A DNA stretch of 64,000 nt from an uncultured bacterium (GTDB lineage: Bacteria; JAGOEH01), in the NCBI GenBank assembly GCA_964632485.1, contig CAZWDO010000008.1:1-64000 (forward strand). The letters run 5' to 3'. Below the pieces are notes generated by a model. That model worked only from the letters and a program-made list of their open reading frames with translations, did not search any database and was not told the origin of the DNA. This document shows, one piece after another, positions 19,338 to 29,148 of the stretch. A program made the position numbers and the translations under genes. Each line of letters starts with the position of its first letter. The first letter of the stretch is position 1.

Positions 19338-20306
19338 ATGGGAGAAAATTTTCAGGATTCTCTGAATAAGCTTTATTTTTCGCAATTTATTATAACCTAT
19401 TTACCGCATAGCGAGTTGCAACTGCCGGTTTTGAAAGAAAATATTTTCAGGGGCCAGTTCGGCAGCCATTTGCGAACTCTTTTTTGCGTGTTTCATTCCC
19501 CCCGGCCTTGCAAGGATTGTATTGTACGATTTAATTGCGTGTATGCCCGACTGTTCGAAACATTCCCTAATTTTCATCAAAACAGCGCCTATAGTCTTGA
19601 AAAAGCCCCCCATCCCTATGTTTTTTCTATGGTTGACCCCCATAAGCGGCTGTTTAAAAAAAATGAACCGATCGAAGTACTCATGACGATCATCGGCAGC
19701 GCCTTGGAATATATTCCTTATTTTATCCTGGCTCTGGAGAATATGGGGAAAAGCGGAATCGGAAAATTTCGCATTGAGATGGATCTGAAGCGGATCGTCA
19801 GCGGGCAGAACGTTGTCTATAACGGCGATCATCAGCATATCGTCCAAAAATTTGAACAAATCGGGGCTAATTACTGGTCCGGCGCAAATGACACCCCCGT
19901 CAGTCAACTGGAACTTGAGCTGCTGACGCCGCTGAGGATTGAACGTCTGGGCAAAATCGCCGAAACCATTGACTTCGAACTGCTCATGCGCAATGTCTAT
20001 CGCCGTCTCTATCTGCTTTCAGCGTTTTTTTGCGGTGGACCTCATCACCCGGATATGACCGATGCGTTAACGGGTCTTGATCGTGTTAAGGTTGGGGTTC
20101 ATGATGTAGAATGGCAAAAAATTGAACGGTATTCCGGCCGACAACATGCGACGATGAATATGTCGGGTTTGCTGGGACGCATCGTGTATCAGGGCGAACT
20201 GGATGCCTACCGTTCGGCGCTGCTTGCCGCCGAATACCTGCATATTGGTAAATGGACTACCTTCGGACTCGGTAAATTCAAACTCCGCTTTAATCATTTC
20301 TCATAA
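19338..20306 (+). CDS. cas6: Cas6-family RAMP endoribonuclease (orphan)
   Basis: FRGQFG, Cys cluster C..CKDC...C, PHPYV, LTPLR, RYSGRQ...GLLG and C-terminal Gly loop HIGKWTTFGLG; SD GAAGGAG before ATG 19338. Confidence 0.85.
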   Translation: MGENFQDSLNKLYFSQFIITYLPHSELQLPVLKENIFRGQFGSHLRTLFCVFHSPRPCKDCIVRFNCVYARLFETFPNFHQNSAYSLEKAPHPYVFSMVDPHKRLFKKNEPIEVLMTIIGSALEYIPYFILALENMGKSGIGKFRIEMDLKRIVSGQNVVYNGDHQHIVQKFEQIGANYWSGANDTPVSQLELELLTPLRIERLGKIAETIDFELLMRNVYRRLYLLSAFFCGGPHHPDMTDALTGLDRVKVGVHDVEWQKIERYSGRQHATMNMSGLLGRIVYQGELDAYRSALLAAEYLHIGKWTTFGLGKFKLRFNHFS

Positions 20307-20643
20307 ACGATTTGGGAATAATGGGCATATCGATCGGAGTCTCTATAATGTTCCCTTTTTTACTCCGGACAACAGCTTGAAAATATTCAGGGGACCAGAC
20401 CCTGCTGATGTAAATCTTGTTTGCCAAAACAGTTCCGCCATGGTTGCTGAAATATTCAGTATTGTACCCGATGCCGTTCGTACTGCCCTGAGTGGACCTG
20501 AAAAATAGTTCAAAAGTGAGTCCGCAACAATAGCAACTTTTGCTTCCATCCGGATTCGCCCGGGCAATCCGTTCTCCCTTGTAATAGAGATCGCGGGCTT
20601 ACATTGAAAAAGATTTTAAAATTCGTGAAGTAATTGCTTTCAT
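20290..20643 (-). pseudogene. Probable gene remnant missing from the ORF track
   Basis: ATG 20643, in-frame TAA at 20601-20599, then about 100 open codons that read like protein (DLYYKGERIARANPDGSKSCYCCGLTFELFFRSTQGSTNGIGYNTEYF...) to TAA 20290. Confidence 0.45.
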
Positions 20644-20737
20644 CCTCCCTGATTTTTACTCTCATAAAAATATAGTTGACAACATGGAAAAATCATCTAT
20701 ATTGAAATTAGAACCTGTTTTTTAACGGAGGTAAGCT

Positions 20738-23700
20738 ATGCGATATTTTTATTTTTCCTTGGTTTTCATTATAATAGTTGCGATTAGTTCTATTTTTGCC
20801 CAGAATACCCGTCAATTTTTGTTTTCGGATGATTTTGATGATGGATATGATGATCGTTGGGATCTGGAACAACCCTGGTGGTCGATAATGCGCGATGGGT
20901 CATATATTCTCAAGGGTGAAGGATCCGATCATTCGGCGATTCCCTATATTTCCATCCTGAAAAATTATTCGCTCTCATTTAAACTGAACCTCAAGTCGGG
21001 TGGAATGAAGTTGAAATTTCATACGCGTTCTTTTTATGAATCGGAGTCTGAAGGATTTTATTATCAATTGGCTATCACCAACAATCAAATTGAATTAAGT
21101 AAATCAGGGGAATCTATATCCAGTCAACTTTGTCAAATCCCCTCCAATACATGGATGCAATTTATTTTAAATTGTATGGACAGCACATTTGAAGTTATGA
21201 TTGACAGCAATCGGGTATTTATTTATACTGATAAAGAAGAACCTTATCGTTATGGACGTTTTATGTTTTCTCTGATGAATGAATCCCTGGTTGAAATTGA
21301 TGATATTCTGGTGTATGGGGAAGCTCCCGGGCAGAATACAAGCCAGTGGATTCGAACAGGAGGCCCCAGTGGGGGATTGGGTTACGATGTACGCATCAGC
21401 CCCATGGATAGAAATGTAATATTTGTTACCGATGATCCCAGCGGAGTAAATAAAAGCGTGGATGGTGGCCTGACCTGGAAGCCTCAGAACACGGGAATAA
21501 TTGGAGAAACCAATGTAACGGGGGGTATGCCGATTTTTTCCCTGACAATCGATCCCAATAATCCCAACATTATCTGGGCTGGGTTTAAAGATAAGCTGGG
21601 TTTATTTAAATCAGAAAACAATGGTGAATCATGGGTAAAAAAGGTGAATGGGATTGCCTTGGAAACGACGTCCGATTTGACGATCCGGGGAATCGGCATA
21701 CATCCCTTCTGCTCTGATACACTGTTTGTTGGCTGTGAGTTGGGTACGGGGAATGCCGAATTTGATAAAAGTCGTGGCTTGATTTTCCGTAGCTACGATC
21801 AGGGGGAAAATTGGGAAAAAGTTTGGGATGGCAGCGCGTTGGCGCGGTTTGTGTTGTTCGATCACCATAATCCTCGAACGGTTTATGCTTCCACTGGCAT
21901 CTTCGATCGGAACCCCGAGCCGGAAGATTCTCTGGGAGTGGGGTTGCTGAAAAGTATTGACGGCGGAGATACCTGGTTCAGGATCAATCATGGAATTATC
22001 AATCTGTTTACTGGTTATTTAGTAATCCACCCGATTGACCCGAATATTTTGTATGCAGCGTCAGGGGGGCAAAACGATTGGCTAAAAAAGCGCTACAATT
22101 TAGAACATGATGCCGCCGGAGGAATTTTTCGCACAACGAATGGCGGCGCATCATGGGATACTCTGCTATTGGGGTATGAATTCACCGTAGTGGATTGCGC
22201 CCCCTCTAATCCCAATATTATTTATGCCGGTTGCTCCCAGGCGATTTTTCGTAGCGATGACAATGGGCAAACCTGGAATAAATTTTATACCATAGAGATG
22301 AGCGATGGGCGAACCGGCTGGGGACCTCCCGGAATTCGAGCTGGAAATCCGATTGGTATCGCCATTGATCCTGATGACCCGATGCGGATTTTTATCAATA
22401 ATTATCAAGGCGGAAATTTTTTAAGCGCAAACGGGGGATTGACCTGGGTCAATTCAAGTAAAGGATATGCGGGAGTAGCAACCTATGATCTCGCGATCGA
22501 CCCAGTCAACCCGGCCAATATCTACTGGGTCGGTCGGGGAAGTCCCTGCTACAGCCGCAACGGCGGCGAAGATTGGTATGGAATGGCATATCCTCCGGTA
22601 TTCGATGTCGAATGGATGTTGGTCCGAGTCAATCCACATAATCCGGACGAAATCATCATGTCCAATCAGGGCGGTATCATTTATCAGAGCCATGATAGGG
22701 GCGGGAATTGGGAAGTTTCCCTGGAAAGGCGCGGAGCCGGATTTACAGCTCTGGCCTTTGCGCCATCGGCGCCTGGGATTATCTATGCCGGACTTTATAA
22801 ACAAGGCGATCTGGATTTTGGATTTTTTAAAACAATCGACGGGGGGGATTCCTGGAGGCAAATACTGACGGTTCCGGATGCTCTTCAATCGATTCTCTAC
22901 CTTGAAGTATCGCCTACGCATGCCGATAGTGTATGGGCCGCCACGCGGGGAGACGGTATCTGGTTCAGTTCAGACGGCGGCGAGACCTGGCAGGCTAAAA
23001 ATTCCGGACTGGGTGGTTCCTATGTGGCTTGCTTAGCCATTGATCCAGCCAATTCCCAAATCCTTTACGCCGGACTCGGGGAAGGCATGGGAATCTATAA
23101 AAGCGTCAATAGCGGTAATAGTTGGAAGGGAGTTAATACAACCCTTAATCTGAAATGCCCATCCTATCTTTCTCCCATCGGCCAACACCGGGGATTTTCC
23201 CTGGCTAAACCTCCCGCTACACCCATTAGCGCGCTCAAACATCAGCGTAAAACCTATAATCCCGGAACTCCCTGGACCCATATTTCCAGTATTGCGATTA
23301 ATCCGGTCAATTCCAATGAAATCTATGCTTCCGATTACGAGGGAGGTGTCTGGGTCAGTCTGGACGGGGGTGAGAACTGGCAACAAAATACTTTAGGTCT
23401 GAATAATCATCGGGTGGAAAAATTAGCCATCTCTGGAGATGGGAATATTCTCTACGCTGGCACTATCGGTTCGGGTGTGTTCCGTTTGACGAAATCCAAT
23501 ATCCCACCGGAAATTCTTTCGCTCACTCCCGCAAAAGACAGCCTTGTACAAGTACTTAAAAACGATACTCTCGTATTGGCTGTGGATGCTTATGATCTCA
23601 ACGGCGATATGCTTGATTTTTTTTGGAGGTTTAATCAAAATCCACTGTCCGATACAACTTCATTTCTTTACCTATATACGGAAAATTATAACGCAGGAAC

Positions 23701-24103
23701 GCATGAAGTAAAAGTCGGAATTACTGATAGGACCGATACTGTTTATGCGGACTGGCAAGTGAAAATTGAAGATCCCGCCGCGATTCGCCAGATACCCGGG
23801 GACTTTGGAGCGGAATATGTAGTTTTCCCGGCTTCGCCCAATCCATTCGATAAATTCACTCAGCTTAGCTTTCATAACAACTCTCCGGTTGTGGTTACGG
23901 TAGAAATTTTTAATATTTTGGGCGAGAAAGTCTATGAAAGAGTATACCCACTTCTAAACGTTGGATATCATTATTTTATTTGGGATGGAAAGAATATGCG
24001 AGGGATTCCGGTTGGTAGCGGCATTTATATGTGTCGGTTTCAGTTTGCATCAAATGATCGTTTGCGAGAGATTCGCTCGCAAAAAATTTCCCTGTTCCGC
24101 TGA
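20738..24103 (+). CDS. Secreted BNR/Asp-box (VPS10/YCF48-like) beta-propeller protein with N-terminal lectin-like domain and FlgD/T9SS CTD
   Basis: Many S.D.G.TW Asp-boxes and AIDP.NP..IY repeats; C-terminal PNPF...IFNILGE...WDGKN...SGIY. Confidence 0.85.
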   Translation: MRYFYFSLVFIIIVAISSIFAQNTRQFLFSDDFDDGYDDRWDLEQPWWSIMRDGSYILKGEGSDHSAIPYISILKNYSLSFKLNLKSGGMKLKFHTRSFYESESEGFYYQLAITNNQIELSKSGESISSQLCQIPSNTWMQFILNCMDSTFEVMIDSNRVFIYTDKEEPYRYGRFMFSLMNESLVEIDDILVYGEAPGQNTSQWIRTGGPSGGLGYDVRISPMDRNVIFVTDDPSGVNKSVDGGLTWKPQNTGIIGETNVTGGMPIFSLTIDPNNPNIIWAGFKDKLGLFKSENNGESWVKKVNGIALETTSDLTIRGIGIHPFCSDTLFVGCELGTGNAEFDKSRGLIFRSYDQGENWEKVWDGSALARFVLFDHHNPRTVYASTGIFDRNPEPEDSLGVGLLKSIDGGDTWFRINHGIINLFTGYLVIHPIDPNILYAASGGQNDWLKKRYNLEHDAAGGIFRTTNGGASWDTLLLGYEFTVVDCAPSNPNIIYAGCSQAIFRSDDNGQTWNKFYTIEMSDGRTGWGPPGIRAGNPIGIAIDPDDPMRIFINNYQGGNFLSANGGLTWVNSSKGYAGVATYDLAIDPVNPANIYWVGRGSPCYSRNGGEDWYGMAYPPVFDVEWMLVRVNPHNPDEIIMSNQGGIIYQSHDRGGNWEVSLERRGAGFTALAFAPSAPGIIYAGLYKQGDLDFGFFKTIDGGDSWRQILTVPDALQSILYLEVSPTHADSVWAATRGDGIWFSSDGGETWQAKNSGLGGSYVACLAIDPANSQILYAGLGEGMGIYKSVNSGNSWKGVNTTLNLKCPSYLSPIGQHRGFSLAKPPATPISALKHQRKTYNPGTPWTHISSIAINPVNSNEIYASDYEGGVWVSLDGGENWQQNTLGLNNHRVEKLAISGDGNILYAGTIGSGVFRLTKSNIPPEILSLTPAKDSLVQVLKNDTLVLAVDAYDLNGDMLDFFWRFNQNPLSDTTSFLYLYTENYNAGTHEVKVGITDRTDTVYADWQVKIEDPAAIRQIPGDFGAEYVVFPASPNPFDKFTQLSFHNNSPVVVTVEIFNILGEKVYERVYPLLNVGYHYFIWDGKNMRGIPVGSGIYMCRFQFASNDRLREIRSQKISLFR

Positions 24104-24290
24104 TTCAAGGGGCGGAGAGAGGCACAAAATATTTTTATCCATTAATTTTTTGTTAGCCTTCCCATTGAGCAGCTAAAATATTCGCAATTGCGCGCTTGCC
24201 AATATTTATTTGATTTCAAGTAAAAAATGCTATTAGGTGTTCCATACTAAAAATGGATACTACGAAAAATTTTTGGGTGATTTGAATCTC

Positions 24291-27200
24291 TTAGCGCAGG
24301 AGGAGCATTTTTCCGTTTTCATTGCCGATGCGGAATAAATAAATACCCGAGGGCCAGTCACGCGTATCAATACTATATTCTATAGGGTTGGCCGCTTTGA
24401 GGGTAATGCCCTGATTGAATCGCCTTTGCCCCAACAGGTCATAGATTTCAAGCGTCACTTTTTGATTGTGGCTGGAGAGCAGGTGAAAAACAGTGAAATC
24501 ACCAAACGGATTTGGAGTGTTCTGAACGATCTGAAAAACCCGCTTAGCCGAATTTATCCTGGGTTCATTGATGGCGGTGATAGTTGCCCATAAGGTGTCG
24601 CTTTCATTGCCGGCGTAATCACACGCGCTGATGCCCCATCGCGGCGCGCCTTGCGGAACTTCGTCCTGCCAGGCTGTATGCGGGAACTGGGTAAAAATAA
24701 TAGAAATCTCTTCGTTTTCGATGCGGTATAGATTGTATCCCAGGATATCTTCATATCCTTCTTGCGGCGGGTCCCATTTGAGCGAAACGAACCCATCATC
24801 AGCCGGTTGTATCGTTAAATTTTGAGGAATCCCGGGAGTAATTGAATCGGTGTAGAGCGAGTCCTGAGTCGTCCAAGCGAGCATATCGGAAGCCGTATCC
24901 CCGCTCAGTGTGTAAATTCCGATGCGGACCTGGTAAGTTGTTGCGGGAGATAATTCTTGTAGCAGAAGTGAATGGGATCGGTTGTAATTTGTCGTTCCGC
25001 TCTGAAAGATTATGTCTTCATCTCCGGACTTGACGTATGCCATAGAATAGTTACTGAGCAGGTTGGTTTGCCAGGCCAGTTTGGCCCTCAATGGGTCGCT
25101 AAAAACGAGTTGCGGTTGGAGTGTAAACCGGAGTCTGGCCGTATCCTGAGCATCGGGAATTGTGAAGGTTTCGATGGCGCTTTCGAGACTGACGCGCTGC
25201 AGGGCGTCCCACCCGGTCAATTGGTAATAAATAGCCAGCGATGGATTTAAATTGGTAACAACCATGGCATGGTTGCGGGACAGTTGCGCTTCGGTGATTA
25301 GAAATGCCGGATTTAAATCGGGAAGCAGGCTCAACCACAATCCGCCTTGAAGGGGAATATCGCTTTCCCATTGTAGTAGAGCATATTCCGGAGTTAGAAA
25401 AAATTCTGTCGGTCGCGTAAGAATCGCTGCTTGCGGAGGTGTTTTCAAGGTTGTCCGCCAATGGGTGATTCCCTGAACGGAATCGCTGTTTTCCGCTAAA
25501 TCAGTAATAACAAACAAAGCTTCATAATCCGTTCGGGGATTGAGCCGGGTTAACGTTGCGGTATGTTCATAATCAAAGTTGTTGCTTTCAAACCAGAGTA
25601 TGGTTTGGTTGGCGGCGTTGTTGACGCGAACACTCCAGCGGGTTTGCTCGCTGGTCGTGAAAGTGAACAGGGTTACCGAGTCCATGATCGCGAGCGGGTA
25701 GGGATAAATCGTGAAGGCAGGGGGGCGCGTGTCCGCCGAATTAGACGTAGTAAAACTGTTTGTTCCGCCATAGCCAGAGAGTATTGAGTTGGGAATGCGA
25801 TAATGCCGGTTTAGAAGCGCGGGTTCTCCCGACCAATGGCGCTGATTGCCCGAACGATCCGCCAGATCAATGGTGTAACGGTATTCCGTTATAGAGTCAA
25901 GCCCGGCTAACAGGAATTGATGACGGGTCAGGTAAGACGAATGGTAGATAGAGTCGATGGGTTGACCGGCGCGGTACAGGATGAGCAAGGCGCGCGCGGC
26001 TTCATCGGTTGAAAATGTCGCCAGTGCGCAGTTCTGCAATATGCTGAGGTCCGGGCCGTTGAGTATTAATGGCGCCTGGCGGTCGCTTTCCCCGCGCGTG
26101 GTAGCCGAAAATGTATCGGCATGGAATACCGGCGGGTCAATTCCGTTCCAGTTGCCGATCCGGTATTGAAAGGGGGTAGCGGGTTCCAGCGAATCAATGA
26201 TAAATAATTGGCGCTTTAACGACCAGGGATAAAAAATTGATCGTATATACGTTTCGCGGGCGACTCCGTCTTTCAATACCTGACAAATACCTTTGATCGG
26301 TTCATCAGTCCCGCAATAGATAATGGCCTGACGATCGCTGATATAAATGGGTGTCGGGCGACCCGTTAGTTGAAAGGGTTTTGCTGTGTAGCTCCATAAT
26401 GTCAATAAAGCATTAAAATGGTGGGTCTCATTGGCAAAATGATGGTCCCCATCGTATAGTCGTATATAATAGAAATAAATGGTAAATGGATTCAGATCAG
26501 TCAGTTCAATTTGAAAAAAATTACGGAGCGTATCGTTGTTGCCGCTAGCGGAGCGCCATTCAAACACACCACTTTCGCTGTTCTTTATATAGTAATAAAG
26601 GGAACACGCGCAGTTTTTATTTGTTTCCCATTGAATCAGCGCTTTACGGTCCGTCACAAATGGTACGAAGGGCCCTTCAGTCAGATAATATTCCGGAGGA
26701 ACTGTTTTAAATGACCCGATGCTGTCGTGGATTTGATAGTAGGTTTCTTTCCACCAGGAGAGTTTGTATTGATAAAATGTATTCGGCAGAAGGTTCTCAA
26801 TTTCCGCACGGTATTCCTGGCGGTTGGCCGCGCTGTTGCCTTCCCAGGAGAGCCAGTCAGTAGTAAACAACTGACGGTAATATAACGAGCAGATACTGGG
26901 CTTGTTCATACTCCAATTTAAAGTGATTGATGTGGCATGGAGATCGGTTGTCTCAGGAGGGATCAGAATATACGGATCCAGGATTTCAGGGGTGATGAAC
27001 CATTGGCGGATGGTTTGCCCGCCCGGCGGGATCGGTATTTCTTCGGTAAATTCCAGTGTATCGGTATGATAGAGCGAATGGGCCAGTAATAAATGCGCTG
27101 TATATTGGTCGGGTTCGAGTCCGATAAGCTGTTTGATGGTGGCGTTGTCTTTGTTATTAAAAAGCAGCCAGTGATAGCAATCGATGGCGGGCTTCTGTAT

Positions 27201-27644
27201 CCAGGGGATAATGATGGGATTGCCGCCGATTTGATTGATTAGCTGGATACTGACTGAACCGTAATCGGGGAATTCCATATCCAAATCCGACCGGTTGCCC
27301 GAGATTTCAATAGTATCGGATTGAGGGCCGAAACAACTGCCTTGCAAACGGTTTGGGTGATAGCAGGTAAGAATGCCGTCACTCCCGAAAATTCCCGATT
27401 GAAATGTGTAGGAACCGGCGGGGACATTATCTAATTGAAAAGTGGGTTGAGCTGGGGTGATGGTCTTTTGAAAGCGGTTTTGGCTGGCGATCTCCTCAAG
27501 AATTACATTGCCCCAGTACCAGGTGATTGTTTCGGGGATGGTTATTGCGCCTGAAATTTGGTAGTACGTTTGGGCCGCCGATGGCCGCTGAATAGAGGTA
27601 AGTAAAAGGATGAATATTAAAAAGCGAATAGATACGGGTCTCAT
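24291..27644 (-). CDS. Secreted multi-FN3 (purple acid phosphatase N-terminal-like) repeat protein with T9SS CTD
   Basis: Repeats of A.I.W.T......H...L..L.P.T.Y.Y; C-terminal QNTPNPF...IYDLLGQ...SGIYLFRI; start ATG 27644 inferred from signal peptide and promoter. Confidence 0.75.
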   Translation of the reverse strand: MRPVSIRFLIFILLLTSIQRPSAAQTYYQISGAITIPETITWYWGNVILEEIASQNRFQKTITPAQPTFQLDNVPAGSYTFQSGIFGSDGILTCYHPNRLQGSCFGPQSDTIEISGNRSDLDMEFPDYGSVSIQLINQIGGNPIIIPWIQKPAIDCYHWLLFNNKDNATIKQLIGLEPDQYTAHLLLAHSLYHTDTLEFTEEIPIPPGGQTIRQWFITPEILDPYILIPPETTDLHATSITLNWSMNKPSICSLYYRQLFTTDWLSWEGNSAANRQEYRAEIENLLPNTFYQYKLSWWKETYYQIHDSIGSFKTVPPEYYLTEGPFVPFVTDRKALIQWETNKNCACSLYYYIKNSESGVFEWRSASGNNDTLRNFFQIELTDLNPFTIYFYYIRLYDGDHHFANETHHFNALLTLWSYTAKPFQLTGRPTPIYISDRQAIIYCGTDEPIKGICQVLKDGVARETYIRSIFYPWSLKRQLFIIDSLEPATPFQYRIGNWNGIDPPVFHADTFSATTRGESDRQAPLILNGPDLSILQNCALATFSTDEAARALLILYRAGQPIDSIYHSSYLTRHQFLLAGLDSITEYRYTIDLADRSGNQRHWSGEPALLNRHYRIPNSILSGYGGTNSFTTSNSADTRPPAFTIYPYPLAIMDSVTLFTFTTSEQTRWSVRVNNAANQTILWFESNNFDYEHTATLTRLNPRTDYEALFVITDLAENSDSVQGITHWRTTLKTPPQAAILTRPTEFFLTPEYALLQWESDIPLQGGLWLSLLPDLNPAFLITEAQLSRNHAMVVTNLNPSLAIYYQLTGWDALQRVSLESAIETFTIPDAQDTARLRFTLQPQLVFSDPLRAKLAWQTNLLSNYSMAYVKSGDEDIIFQSGTTNYNRSHSLLLQELSPATTYQVRIGIYTLSGDTASDMLAWTTQDSLYTDSITPGIPQNLTIQPADDGFVSLKWDPPQEGYEDILGYNLYRIENEEISIIFTQFPHTAWQDEVPQGAPRWGISACDYAGNESDTLWATITAINEPRINSAKRVFQIVQNTPNPFGDFTVFHLLSSHNQKVTLEIYDLLGQRRFNQGITLKAANPIEYSIDTRDWPSGIYLFRIGNENGKMLLLR

Positions 27645-27794
27645 AATTGAAAAATAATCAATTATCGCCAATATGCAAGTTTAAAAAATTATAAATTATT
27701 TTTGGAAATGATTAATCGAACGCGTAATATTATATCGTATTTTATCAGTCAAAAGCGCAAATTGAAAAATCCAAACGGAAAATCGGGATCAGTT

Positions 27795-28340
27795 CTACTT
27801 CGTTCCTGTTTGAGCGCTGTACTCCGTATCGATGGTTAGCCGACGCGCGCTTACATAGCGTTTGCGCCAATATTCGCTGTCCAGGTGGCTGATACCGATT
27901 TTATTTTTGTGGGATTCAGCCGAAACAAAATAGCCGTTGGACAAATAGATTCCAACATGCCCGATGTTCCGCCCCATGCGAAAAAACAACAGGTCCCCGG
28001 CTTTTAAATCCACTTCGGGGATATCCTTACCCAGGTGAATTTGATTGCGCGATCCCTGCGGTAAATTCATATTAAAAAAATTCTTGAATACTAAGCAAAC
28101 AAAACCGGAACAATCCACACCCTTTTCAGAGCGTCCACCGTACCGATAGGGGATATGACTGTATTTTTCAACTGCCAATATCAATTTTTCAAGAATGATC
28201 TGTTCTTCACTATTTTTATCGTTTATCTGAGGTTTAATATCATCAATATCCCCGCGGATAAAATAAGAACTTGCGAAGTTTATCGATAACAAAATTAACA
28301 GATTGCCAAAAATTCCGAAAATTATTCTCCTAAAATTCAA
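27795..28340 (-). CDS. NlpC/P60 (C40) peptidase
   Basis: PYRYGG...GVDCSGF...GDLLFF...GHVGIY. Confidence 0.9.
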   Translation of the reverse strand: MNFRRIIFGIFGNLLILLSINFASSYFIRGDIDDIKPQINDKNSEEQIILEKLILAVEKYSHIPYRYGGRSEKGVDCSGFVCLVFKNFFNMNLPQGSRNQIHLGKDIPEVDLKAGDLLFFRMGRNIGHVGIYLSNGYFVSAESHKNKIGISHLDSEYWRKRYVSARRLTIDTEYSAQTGTK

Positions 28341-28656
28341 TATGTTCTCTCCTTATCAAGTATGTTAAACTCTCTCCGCATACATGTTACCTATTTTAAA
28401 AAACTTTAATTAGTTTGTCAAGTGTTTTTTTATAAAATATCACTTTTTACTAATTTTTTTTTATAATAGCGCCGGATATTCAAAATTACTGATAATATAT
28501 GTTCAAGATATTGTAAACCAATAAGTTGTGATTGTTTACGGAGTGTATTTTTTCTTCCAATAGTCCAAATGCTCAGTTTATTGTTAATTTTAATCGTTTT
28601 CTAAGGATCAATATGGATTATATTTTGAGACGCGCTTCTGGACAGAGCGCGGGAGT

Positions 28657-29133
28657 TTATATTTTCTTCAGCTCGTTGAGGACTTCTTCGCCATGGTTTT
28701 CCGGTTTGACTTTATGATAGATTTTGGCGATTTTGCCTTGCATGTCGATGATGAATGTTTTACGGATTATTCCCATGCTGGTTTTGCCGTAGAGTTTTTT
28801 TTCACCCCAGGCCCCGTAGAGTTCAGCGACTTTATGGTCACTATCCGAGAGCAGGATGAAATTTAAATTGAATTTGGCGATAAATTTTAAATGGGATTGG
28901 ATTGTATCCGGGCTGATACCGAAGATAATCGTATTCTCATTTTCAATTGAGGGAAAGAAATCGCGAAATGAGCAGGCTTCTTTCGTGCAGCCGGGCGTAT
29001 TATCGCGTGGATAGAAGTAGAGGACAATTTTTTTTTTGCCGAGATACTCATTCAGAGAGATCCGGGTTCCATTTGAATCATCCAGGCTGAATTCGGGGGC
29101 CGGATCACCGATTTGTAAGTGTTCTGCTGACAT
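28657..29133 (-). CDS. bcp: Thioredoxin-dependent peroxiredoxin Bcp
   Basis: VLYFYPRDNTPGCTKEACSFRD, GISPD, YGAWGEKKLYGK. Confidence 0.93.
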   Translation of the reverse strand: MSAEHLQIGDPAPEFSLDDSNGTRISLNEYLGKKKIVLYFYPRDNTPGCTKEACSFRDFFPSIENENTIIFGISPDTIQSHLKFIAKFNLNFILLSDSDHKVAELYGAWGEKKLYGKTSMGIIRKTFIIDMQGKIAKIYHKVKPENHGEEVLNELKKI

Positions 29134-29148
29134 TTAGAATCTCCTTTT

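Noticed and set aside
19115-20737. Mini CRISPR array beside cas6
   Set aside because: I found no direct repeats on either side by eye.
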